DNA from: Candidatus Latescibacterota bacterium
GTDB lineage: Bacteria > Latescibacterota > UBA2968
Length of the DNA: 17,458 bases
Direction: 5' to 3'
Assembly (NCBI GenBank): GCA_038279365.1
Contig: JAYODI010000030.1
Location: forward strand, 1-17,458
In this document: piece by piece, positions 1 to 7,676 of the stretch
Layout of the letters: every line of letters starts with the position of its first letter
Numbering within the stretch: the first letter of the stretch is position 1
Notes under the pieces: model-generated
The model's database searches: none
What the model saw: only the letters and a program-made list of their open reading frames with translations
What the model was told of the DNA's origin: nothing
Made by a program: the position numbers and the translations under genes

Positions 1-124
1 CCTGAACACCCTTTGGAGAATTTTTAGTCAAAGATCTTGTATAATCGAGTACTTTCTTTTGTTGCGCAATTTCCAAATCATGAATCTCTGCAATGATAGC
101 CTCTTCTACTGTATGGTTAGCCAT
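1..124 (-). CDS. Partial small protein, DUF2281-like putative antitoxin (runs off the window edge)
   Basis: Not in the ORF track; translated by hand as MANHTVEEAIIAEIHDLEIAQQKKVLDYTRSLTKNSPKGVQ..., preceded by a GGAGA RBS (130-134). The 'QQKKVLDYTRSL...PKGV' pattern recalls small antitoxins found upstream of PIN toxins. Confidence 0.6.
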   Translation of the reverse strand, partial: MANHTVEEAIIAEIHDLEIAQQKKVLDYTRSLTKNSPKGVQ

Positions 125-177
125 GCGTTTCTCCTATCATTAAAAGATCGATAGTATATAACAAGCAACACGCCATA

Positions 178-205
178 AGTATAGCCATCTTATTACAAAA
201 TTCAA
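178..205 (-). promoter_or_regulatory. Candidate sigma70 promoter for the partial minus-strand gene
   Basis: Minus strand reads TTGAAT-N16-TATACT; a second TATACT lies at 153-158. Confidence 0.35.
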
Positions 206-292
206 GAGCGATTGATACATTGCAAAAAGGAGCATACCACTTTTTTGTCGTTAAAAAAAGTGTGTCGCCGAAGGCAAAAAAGGAAAAACCCA

Positions 293-1810
293 ATGTCCCA
301 AACCGAACACTGGATAACCATGAACGACGGCGTAAAATTAGACGCCACCACCTTCACCCCCGATGGTGACGCTCCTCAAGAAGGATGGCCCGCCGTCCTT
401 CTCATTCACGGCCACGGCGACACCGGCAACAAAACCAGCATGTTTGCCCGCGCCCAACACTATGCTCAGCGCGGTTACTTCACCATCAGCTACAGCGTAC
501 GGGGTCAAGGCAACTCCGAAGGCCTCGTTTTTCACATGGGCCCGCGCGAACTCTTCGACCTCCAAGACGTCATCTCTTGGGCCTTACAAAACTGCCCCGT
601 TCACCCAAAAAAATTGGCTGCTGTGGGCAGTTCACAAGGTGGTTGGCATGCTTACATGGCCGCCGCACATCACCCACAAATTGCCACCGTCATTGCCGAA
701 AACATCTTCACCCAATACGACGAATTTGCCGTTCACAATGGCTGCCTCACCAAATGGTTCTTCACCCGCACCATGCGCCGCCGCATCCTCAGTGCAGGTC
801 TCCAAGACATGGTGCGCCAATGGGCCGTAGACGGCGATTGGTTCCGCATACAAGAATGGGTGCGCCCCACATCGCCCATGATCTTTGCCAACCGCATCCA
901 ATGCCCCATTTTCATCGTTCACGGCTGGCACGACATCGGCATGCCGCCCAATGAAGTTGTGACACTCTTTAACAAAATCACCGCACCCAAAAAACTCTAC
1001 CTCGGCGGCGGTGGGCACGACGGCTTAGACAGCGCATCCGCCAAAGATATGAGAACAGATCTCACCGACCGCTGGTTAGACCACCACCTCAAAGGTGAAA
1101 ACAATGGCATCATGACCGAACCCGCCATCACCTATGCCCAACGCCCAGGGTGGAACCACATCCCCGTCACATCCATGCCACCATCCGATGTCAAAATCAA
1201 AACGCTCTACTTAAGCGCACAAGCCCCCGAACAACAAACACCCAATGATCCCAATGCCACATTCGAGGTCTTACGCCCACAACCCATTCGTGCATTAACA
1301 GACCATGCACCCACAGGTCCAACAACGCACTCAAACATCACAAACCGACCCAGCAATCCCAACTATACCCTCAAAGACGCACTCAATGACGACATGGACG
1401 GCGTACCCAAAGCCCTAATAAAAGAAACCATCAGCTTTGCCAGCACACCCTTTCCATCTCCCACCGAAATTGTGGGATCACCCACCGCGAAACTTTTTGT
1501 GATGCCGAATCGTCCACAACTACAAGTTGTTGTCGATCTCTTCGATGTATCACCCAATGGCGAACGCACATTAATCACACGGGGTCAGTTTGGCACGCGC
1601 ACCGCACAACCCGGTCAACACCTTACCATAAACATCGACATGCGCACCATCGGTTATCTGATACAATCCAACCACCACCTGTGTTTAGACATCAGCAACT
1701 ACGACACAACCTATGCATTTCCCTACTTTGAACCCGTTGTGTCACGGCTCTATCACGACAATCAATATGCATCAGCCATTGAAATACCCATAAAACAAAT
1801 CTCATTCTAA
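293..1810 (+). CDS. CocE/NonD family alpha/beta hydrolase (peptidase S15-like)
   Basis: N-terminal 'ITMNDGVKLDAT', 'RGQGNSEG', nucleophile elbow GSSQGG, HGWHD acid, GGHDG histidine, and a PepX_C-like C-terminal domain (IVGSP...LFDVSPNG...LITRG). ATG at 293 follows an AGGA RBS, so it is preferred over the TTG at 212. Confidence 0.88.
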   Translation: MSQTEHWITMNDGVKLDATTFTPDGDAPQEGWPAVLLIHGHGDTGNKTSMFARAQHYAQRGYFTISYSVRGQGNSEGLVFHMGPRELFDLQDVISWALQNCPVHPKKLAAVGSSQGGWHAYMAAAHHPQIATVIAENIFTQYDEFAVHNGCLTKWFFTRTMRRRILSAGLQDMVRQWAVDGDWFRIQEWVRPTSPMIFANRIQCPIFIVHGWHDIGMPPNEVVTLFNKITAPKKLYLGGGGHDGLDSASAKDMRTDLTDRWLDHHLKGENNGIMTEPAITYAQRPGWNHIPVTSMPPSDVKIKTLYLSAQAPEQQTPNDPNATFEVLRPQPIRALTDHAPTGPTTHSNITNRPSNPNYTLKDALNDDMDGVPKALIKETISFASTPFPSPTEIVGSPTAKLFVMPNRPQLQVVVDLFDVSPNGERTLITRGQFGTRTAQPGQHLTINIDMRTIGYLIQSNHHLCLDISNYDTTYAFPYFEPVVSRLYHDNQYASAIEIPIKQISF

Positions 1811-1884
1811 AATTGGTCCAATACCAGCACTGTACAAACACAAAAGGAATAAATCCGTCACTTAACAGAATAACGGATCATCTA

Positions 1885-1913
1885 TTGGACAAGATGCAAA
1901 GATTAGATATATT
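1885..1913 (+). promoter_or_regulatory. Candidate sigma70 promoter for the toxin-antitoxin pair and possibly proS
   Basis: TTGGAC-N17-TATATT about 48 nt upstream of the ATG at 1961. Confidence 0.3.
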
Positions 1914-1960
1914 TCAAAAGACCAGAAATAACAGAACCTCATTTGATACAGAGATCTAAA

Positions 1961-2212
1961 ATGAAAACATTAACCATACCTTACGACGAACACTTGCTCT
2001 TGCTTACAGGTCAAGAACCAGCAGAATTTGAACAAGAAGCTCGATTTTTATTGGCACTCAAGTTTTTTGAATTACATCGTATTTCAGCGGGAAAAGCAGC
2101 TGAATTATCGGGTCTCAGCAAAGCCGATTTTCTATCTAAAACCAGCGCATTAAAAATTCCGGTTGTTGACCTGGACAACGATCAATTAACCACAGAATTC
2201 GGATATGAATAA
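1961..2212 (+). CDS. UPF0175 family protein, putative antitoxin
   Basis: 'EARFLLALKFFELHRISAGKAAELSGLSKADFL' is the typical UPF0175 HTH-like signature; the gene overlaps the downstream PIN gene by 8 nt. Confidence 0.85.
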   Translation: MKTLTIPYDEHLLLLTGQEPAEFEQEARFLLALKFFELHRISAGKAAELSGLSKADFLSKTSALKIPVVDLDNDQLTTEFGYE

Positions 2213-2696
2213 TGTGTTACTTGTTGCCGACTCAGGTCCACTCATAGGGCTGGCGGGTGTATCACAACTTAATCTTTTACCCATATTGTATCATCGTATT
2301 GTTGCACCTTTAGCAGTGATTAACGAAATTGCGACTGGAGAGCAAAATGTCTCCAGTCGTAACTTTTTAGATCAAACAACGTGGCTTAAGCATATCAAAG
2401 TCGAATCTTTATTGGAAACACTGTCTGGAGCATTGGGGCGGGGTGAAACAGAAGCCATTTCGTTAGCCAAACAACTACCTCATTCACGGTTATTATTAGA
2501 CGATCATCGTGCAAGAAAATTTGCAGACACATTAAATTTGGAAGTCATTGGTTCTGCTGGTATTTTGGTGCAAGCAAAACGAAGAAACTTTATTCAAGAA
2601 GTGGTCCCCATTCTTTATCTTATGAGAGAGAATGGTTATTATATCAGTGATCGTATCATTCATAGAGCAGCTTTTATTGCAAATGAAACGATCTAA
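2205..2696 (+). CDS. DUF3368 domain PIN-like protein, putative toxin
   Basis: PIN-fold acidic motifs 'VADSGPLI', 'LGRGETEAI' and 'LLLDDHRAR', plus the DUF3368-type tail 'GSAGILVQAKRR...LMRENGYYIS'; paired with UPF0175. Confidence 0.85.
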   Translation: MNNVLLVADSGPLIGLAGVSQLNLLPILYHRIVAPLAVINEIATGEQNVSSRNFLDQTTWLKHIKVESLLETLSGALGRGETEAISLAKQLPHSRLLLDDHRARKFADTLNLEVIGSAGILVQAKRRNFIQEVVPILYLMRENGYYISDRIIHRAAFIANETI

Positions 2697-2716
2697 ACTT
2701 TAAATGCGAGGCTGGA

Positions 2717-4456
2717 ATGCGTTACACTCAACTCATGACACAAACCCTAAGAGAAGTCCCCTCCGATGCAGAAGCCATCAGCCACCGTTGGGCCTTGCGT
2801 GCGGGTCTCATTCGCCCCTTGGCCGCAGGCATCTTCAGCTTCTTGCCCTTAGGGTTGCGCGTCAAACAAAAAATCGAAAACATCTTACGCGAAGAAATGG
2901 AAAGCGCCAACTGTTACGAAATCTCCATGCCAGTTGTACAACCCGCCGAAATCTGGCAAGAAACTGGGCGGTGGAATGACGTCGGCTCCGAAATGATGCG
3001 CATGAAAGACCGTGGTGATCGTGACATGTGTTTGGCAATGACCCACGAAGAAGCCGTCACAGACTTGGCACGTCACCTCATTCAAAGCTATCGCCAACTG
3101 CCCCTAAGCGTCTTTCAAATCCAAACCAAATTTCGCGATGAACCCCGCAGCCGAGCCGGTCTTATTCGCGTGCGTGAATTCACCATGAAAGATGGCTACA
3201 GCTTTCACATCAATCAAGAAAGCTTAGATGCATATTACCCCCACATGTATCAAGCTTACGAACGCGCTTTCAAACGCACAGGTTTAGGCAGTTCAACCAT
3301 TGCTGTTGAAAGTGACACGGGCATGATGGGCGGCACCGAAGCACACGAATTTATGTACTTAAATGACGGTGGTGAAGATACCCTCCTCATTTGCAAAAAT
3401 TGCGACTATCGCGCAAACCGCCAAGTGGCCACTTACACACGTGAAACCATAGATGCACAAGAAGTAAAGCCCATAGAAGAAGTTGCCACACCCAACTGCC
3501 AAACCATAGAAGAAGTCGCTACCTTCCTCAACGTACCTGCTACCCAAACTGCAAAGGCCGTGTTTTTTGCGGGCCTCATTGAGGGCGAAGAAAAAATCAT
3601 TTTTGCCGTTGTTCGGGGCGATCACGAACTCAATGAAACCAAATTGGGCAACGCCCTTAAAGCCCAAGACTTGCGCCCCGCCACCGATGACGAAATTCGT
3701 GCCATAGGTGCCATCCCTGGTTATGCATCACCCATCGGGGTGAAAGATGCACTCATCATTGTCGATGACGCCATCGCCAAAGGTTTCAACTTTGTATCGG
3801 GTGCCAACAAAGAAGGGTATCACAATCTCAACGTCAACATGGGGCGCGACTTTGAAGCCGACATCATCACCGATCTTGTTGCCGTTTCAGAAGGCATGGC
3901 CTGTCCCAATTGTGCCACACCCTTAGACAGCACGCGGGGCATTGAAGTGGGCAACATTTTCAAATTGGGTTCCAAATACAGCAAAAGCATGAATGCCCAA
4001 GTCTTAGACGAAAATGGCAAAGCACAAACCATCATCATGGGATGTTATGGTATTGGTGTTGGGCGACTGTTGGCCTGCATCATCGAAGAACACCACGACG
4101 ACAACGGCATCATTTGGCCCATTTCAGTCGCCCCTTTTCAAGTCGAAATTGTCGTGCTCACAGGCAAACAACCCGCCGGAGAATTGGAAGCCGCCGAAAA
4201 ATTGTATAGCGAATTGAAAGCCGTAGGCATAGACGTGCTCTTAGACGACCGCGACGAACGCCCCGGTGTCAAGTTTAACGATGCCGACCTCATCGGCATT
4301 CCCATACGTCTTACAGTGGGTGCCCGTGGTTTGGCAAACGGGCAAATCGAAATGAAACTGCGCCACGAAGCCGATCGTTCCGATGTGGCCATAGAAGAGG
4401 TGATCACGCGCGTTCAAGAAGAAATTGCAAAATTGTATGATGCTTTAAAACAATAG
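2717..4456 (+). CDS. proS: Proline--tRNA ligase, bacterial type with INS editing domain
   Basis: Motifs 'LAMTHEE', 'QTKFRDEPRSRAGLIRVREFTMKDGYSF', 'GIEVGNIFKLG', 'MGCYGIGVGR' and the anticodon domain 'DDRDERPGVKFNDADLIGIP'; GAGG RBS. Confidence 0.98.
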   Translation: MRYTQLMTQTLREVPSDAEAISHRWALRAGLIRPLAAGIFSFLPLGLRVKQKIENILREEMESANCYEISMPVVQPAEIWQETGRWNDVGSEMMRMKDRGDRDMCLAMTHEEAVTDLARHLIQSYRQLPLSVFQIQTKFRDEPRSRAGLIRVREFTMKDGYSFHINQESLDAYYPHMYQAYERAFKRTGLGSSTIAVESDTGMMGGTEAHEFMYLNDGGEDTLLICKNCDYRANRQVATYTRETIDAQEVKPIEEVATPNCQTIEEVATFLNVPATQTAKAVFFAGLIEGEEKIIFAVVRGDHELNETKLGNALKAQDLRPATDDEIRAIGAIPGYASPIGVKDALIIVDDAIAKGFNFVSGANKEGYHNLNVNMGRDFEADIITDLVAVSEGMACPNCATPLDSTRGIEVGNIFKLGSKYSKSMNAQVLDENGKAQTIIMGCYGIGVGRLLACIIEEHHDDNGIIWPISVAPFQVEIVVLTGKQPAGELEAAEKLYSELKAVGIDVLLDDRDERPGVKFNDADLIGIPIRLTVGARGLANGQIEMKLRHEADRSDVAIEEVITRVQEEIAKLYDALKQ

Positions 4457-4461
4457 ACAAA

Positions 4462-4499
4462 AAATGGGTACGGATTTAAACCTCTATCCGTACCCATTT
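4462..4499 (+). terminator. Perfect 14-bp inverted repeat after proS; probable terminator or RNA-stabilising hairpin
   Basis: AAATGGGTACGGAT-N10-ATCCGTACCCATTT. The plus-strand U-tail is short; the A-run on its left gives a U-tail on the minus strand. Confidence 0.6.
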
Positions 4500-4541
4500 A
4501 AAAAAACAGCGTCATCCTATTTTGCACAGAAAGGACAAACC

Positions 4542-5003
4542 ATGTCTATCGAAAACAAACTCAAAGCATTGGGCATTACCCTGCCCACACCCCCACAACC
4601 AGCAGGTGCATATGTTCGCGCAAAAAAAACGGGTAACTTGATTTTTGTTGCCGGACAATTGCCACTTGTTGCAGGAAAGTTAGAATACAGCGGGCGGGTT
4701 GGAGAGGATCTCAGTATCGAAGAAGGGTATGAAGCAGCCAAAATTTGTGCGCTCAATGTGCTGAGCATCTTACAAGCCGAAGCGGGTTCATTAGACGCCA
4801 TTGTACAATTGGTGCGTGTAGAAGGGTTTGTGTGTTCTGCAGACGGATTTACCGATCAACCCAAAGTCATCAACGGTGCATCCGATTTTTTTAGCCAAGT
4901 TTTGGGCGAAAAAGGCAGCCATGCACGACTGGCCATTGGTGTTAAAGAATTGCCATTGGGTGCATCGGTAGAATTGTCGGCCATTGCAGAAGTAGATACT
5001 TAA
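4542..5003 (+). CDS. RidA/YjgF/UK114 family protein (Rid1-like subfamily)
   Basis: 'LPTPPQPAGAYV...GNLIFVAGQLP', 'FTDQPKVINGASD', and the catalytic Arg in 'HARLAIG...LPLGASVE'. ATG at 4542 follows AAGGA. Confidence 0.92.
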   Translation: MSIENKLKALGITLPTPPQPAGAYVRAKKTGNLIFVAGQLPLVAGKLEYSGRVGEDLSIEEGYEAAKICALNVLSILQAEAGSLDAIVQLVRVEGFVCSADGFTDQPKVINGASDFFSQVLGEKGSHARLAIGVKELPLGASVELSAIAEVDT

Positions 5004-5048
5004 AAAACGTAAATGGATTCACGCCATTCAGGAAAGCCCAGGCGGTGT

Positions 5049-5190
5049 GCCAATTCACTGATTACGCGCTACACTCGATGTCAGGTAGGTTCACTACGTT
5101 CACTGTGCGCTTATGCGTCGATTCGTTGATGACTCACTACGCTCGTTGTAGCCTACGGCTGTGCGCCGATTCGCCGATTCGCCAATTCAC
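5049..5190. repeat. Degenerate short-repeat mosaic between convergent genes
   Basis: GCCGATTC twice plus GCCAATTC in tandem (5165-5188); GCCAATTCAC at 5049 and 5181; TCACTACG at 5091 and 5134; CTGTGCGC at 5103 and 5159; mini-hairpin AGCC-TAC-GGCT at 5150-5160. Confidence 0.6.
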
Positions 5191-5191
5191 C

Positions 5192-5917
5192 TTACTTTCG
5201 ACTCATCAATGTCAATTGTTTCAAAATTTTAGGTTTATCAGCCGCATAATCCAAAGCCGTTTTGCCGTTGGCATCGACAACTTTGATATTGGCACCCGCT
5301 CGAATCAGCACCATAACCACATCGAGATAGTTGTTTTCGATGGCCCATAACAAAGCCGTTTTGTCCTGTACATCTGCTTGTTCCAGCTTGGCTTTTTTTT
5401 GCAATAATGTCATTACGACATCTGTATGCCCACCATAAGCCGCATGCATCAAAGCATGCCAACCCTTTGTACCCACTGCGTTCACTTCGGCACCCGCATC
5501 CAAAAGTGTTTTTACAATTGATGTATCCCCCTTGTCTGCGGCATACATCAATGGCGTTTTATCAAATGTATCTTGTGCATTTGGGTTCGCTTTGGCCTTG
5601 AGCAACATATCCAAAATATCTTGATGTCCCAAACGCACCGCCTCCAAAAGCGGTGTCACATCATAGCGATCTTTTTCTATATCGGGTTGTGCATCGAGCA
5701 ACAAACGCACAATGGCAGGGTGATTTTTTTCTACAGCCCACCAAAGAGCAGTACCTTGATGAATCGTTGTATTTACATTGGCACCCGATTTTAAGGCCAC
5801 CTGCGCAATTTCTATGTTGCCAGTCGCTGCCGCTTGCACCAACAAGGAGTCCAATTGGCTTGCCTGCACGTGTGACATGCCAAATAAAAACACAATTAAA
5901 AAGCGCATTCCAAACAT
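5192..5917 (-). CDS. Ankyrin repeat protein with probable Sec signal peptide
   Basis: About 6-7 repeats of TxLxxA...G..xxVxxLL.xGA.xN; N-terminal MRFLIVFLFGMSHVQA with a VQA cleavage motif; AAGGA RBS. Confidence 0.92.
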   Translation of the reverse strand: MFGMRFLIVFLFGMSHVQASQLDSLLVQAAATGNIEIAQVALKSGANVNTTIHQGTALWWAVEKNHPAIVRLLLDAQPDIEKDRYDVTPLLEAVRLGHQDILDMLLKAKANPNAQDTFDKTPLMYAADKGDTSIVKTLLDAGAEVNAVGTKGWHALMHAAYGGHTDVVMTLLQKKAKLEQADVQDKTALLWAIENNYLDVVMVLIRAGANIKVVDANGKTALDYAADKPKILKQLTLMSRK

Positions 5918-5931
5918 AAACCATCCTTTTT

Positions 5932-5970
5932 AAAGAAAAGGGCGCAGTCCGTATACGGACTGCGCCTTTC
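5932..5970 (-). terminator. Intrinsic terminator-like hairpin immediately before the ankyrin RBS
   Basis: Perfect 26-bp palindrome GGCGCAGTCCGTATACGGACTGCGCC (5941-5966), followed on the minus strand by CTTTTCTTT. Confidence 0.75.
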
Positions 5971-6013
5971 TTATTGGCATAAAATAATCCGAAATATTCG
6001 CATATTTTAATAA

Positions 6014-6042
6014 AACATAGGCAGAGCAAAGAAATCTGTCAA
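6014..6042 (-). promoter_or_regulatory. Candidate sigma70 promoter
   Basis: Minus strand reads TTGACA-N17-TATGTT, with a consensus -35 and consensus spacing. Confidence 0.6.
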
Positions 6043-6047
6043 CAACA

Positions 6048-7676
6048 CTAAAAAATAATGGCCGCCTGAATGCGATGAAGCACTTCTTGCTCATACGCTT
6101 TAAAATGTTTGTCATAAATATCTTGGCGCAAGATGGCCACCACCTTATAAGACAAAGACCGAAAGCGTCCTCCCGGAATATACATGCGGCATTCAGGGTC
6201 TGTTCGGTCCCACAACCGAGGATCTTTGGGCGCCAAATAATTTAATATTTTTTGACTGCCATCTTCTTCACGCGAAAAAATAGCAATCAAATGAGGCGCA
6301 TGGCGGCTGTCATCGTGCCCAACACTTACAGCTTGTGAATCAGTGGTATCATACCAGCGCGGCTGATCACCCCTATTGACACTGATGCTTCCTCCTAACG
6401 AAACCATCGCACGTGCTGGCGCAATCACATCACTTTGCATATTACACAAAGCAACCATATAAGTCTGATAAAGACCCCCTTCGCTCAAATTGGCCAATGC
6501 CGTAATTGCTTCATGGCGCGACACGGGTTTACGCGCTTGCGTTCGGGAAATAAACACCTCGGCAATGGTTACAGGGATAATTTTTCGCAAATCCAGCTCG
6601 GTAAAAATTTTATATGAAAAATTGTCTTTTTCAAATTTTTCCGAAACCTTCACCTCATCACGTGTCTTGAAAAACTCCCGATGAAACGCAACTATTTCTC
6701 TATTTTCAGACAATCCAAAAATTCGCAATACACCCTCATGAGCGGCCAACTCTTTAATGTCTGAATGAAAAAGTACCAAATCAATAAGCGTTTCCGACAC
6801 TGTTTCAATTTGTGGCGTTTGTGCCACAACCATGGCTCCCCGAATCTCATGCCCATCCACCACCCCTGCTTGCCAAAGCCCCGCATCGTGCATAAAACCA
6901 CCCAAAAAAACTTCTACCAATTCACGCTTAAACAAAATCTGCTTTTTTTCTTTCAAAATCTTATCGTTCATATGCAGTGGTGGTGCTTCACCCAAATATT
7001 CAAAAATTTGTTCGGGAGAGGCTTTTGAAAAATATTCTTCCTCACCCATCATGGCCACCAACTCCGTGGCAAAACAAGCCACCTTCAGCGCGTGTTTAAG
7101 GCTCACCACATTGATGTCATGTTGGGTAATGAGATCCATAATCAATGTGTTGCCATGCTCAATATATTCTTCAATGGCATTTTCTGTGTTTTTGCGAAAT
7201 CGCTTTAACGCTGCGCCAAATACAGACAATGCCTGTTTGACCTCTGGGCGTGTAAAATCTTGCGATTTAAAGTGCATACCCGAAAGTACACCATGTACTT
7301 GTTCGGCATGTTTAGACACCCGCCTTGCAGAACGTGTAACCCTTTGCGTTGCCATCCTCGCACGTTCTTCACCATTTAACCGTTCAATATCATTTGCAAG
7401 TTCTGGGGGCAAGTCTTCTTTGTTGCGAAGTGTCTTAATTTTTTCACCATCGCCACTTTCATAAACAATAACCGAAATTGATGCATCCAAGTTGCGCTTT
7501 CGCCGCGCAATAAATTGCAAAGCACGAGGGGTTAAGTGAGAGTTATAAGTGATCATCTCTCCCCCGCCGGGTGCGTGGTGCGATTCGGCTATGCGAATGT
7601 CTAAGCCCAAATTTTGTCGCTCGTTTTTAACCAACAAATCATGTGCTTGACGTATGGTAAGTTTGCGAACATTCAT
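6048..7676 (-). CDS. Divergent HD-domain protein, degenerate HD-GYP-like, lacking the GYP motif
   Basis: Ordered HD-GYP-like motifs 'LKHALKVA', 'FMHDAG', 'GHEIRGA', 'LFHSD', 'TIAEVFISRT' and 'RKPVSRHEAI'; ATGA-coupled to the upstream REC-HD-GYP gene. Confidence 0.7.
   Translation of the reverse strand: MNVRKLTIRQAHDLLVKNERQNLGLDIRIAESHHAPGGGEMITYNSHLTPRALQFIARRKRNLDASISVIVYESGDGEKIKTLRNKEDLPPELANDIERLNGEERARMATQRVTRSARRVSKHAEQVHGVLSGMHFKSQDFTRPEVKQALSVFGAALKRFRKNTENAIEEYIEHGNTLIMDLITQHDINVVSLKHALKVACFATELVAMMGEEEYFSKASPEQIFEYLGEAPPLHMNDKILKEKKQILFKRELVEVFLGGFMHDAGLWQAGVVDGHEIRGAMVVAQTPQIETVSETLIDLVLFHSDIKELAAHEGVLRIFGLSENREIVAFHREFFKTRDEVKVSEKFEKDNFSYKIFTELDLRKIIPVTIAEVFISRTQARKPVSRHEAITALANLSEGGLYQTYMVALCNMQSDVIAPARAMVSLGGSISVNRGDQPRWYDTTDSQAVSVGHDDSRHAPHLIAIFSREEDGSQKILNYLAPKDPRLWDRTDPECRMYIPGGRFRSLSYKVVAILRQDIYDKHFKAYEQEVLHRIQAAIIF

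Noticed and set aside
212-292. N-terminal extensions in the ORF track (212; likewise 1943 and 4464)
   Set aside because: Downstream ATGs at 293, 1961 and 4542 match the family N-termini, and 293 and 4542 have clear RBSs. The 4464 extension runs through a hairpin.
338-1018. Overlapping alternate-frame ORFs inside the CocE gene and similar ones inside other genes (e.g. 6832-7464, 8168-8650, 13548-14009)
   Set aside because: They are shadows of well-supported genes, with biased composition and no recognisable motifs.
2697-2716. T-box leader for proS
   Set aside because: Only 20 nt of intergenic sequence and no T-box motif.
5049-5190. Possible CRISPR array
   Set aside because: The repeats are only 8-10 nt, irregularly spaced, and there are no cas genes.
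5045-5350. 101-aa ORF across the repeat region
   Set aside because: It translates the repeat mosaic and the antisense of the ankyrin gene, with no protein motif.
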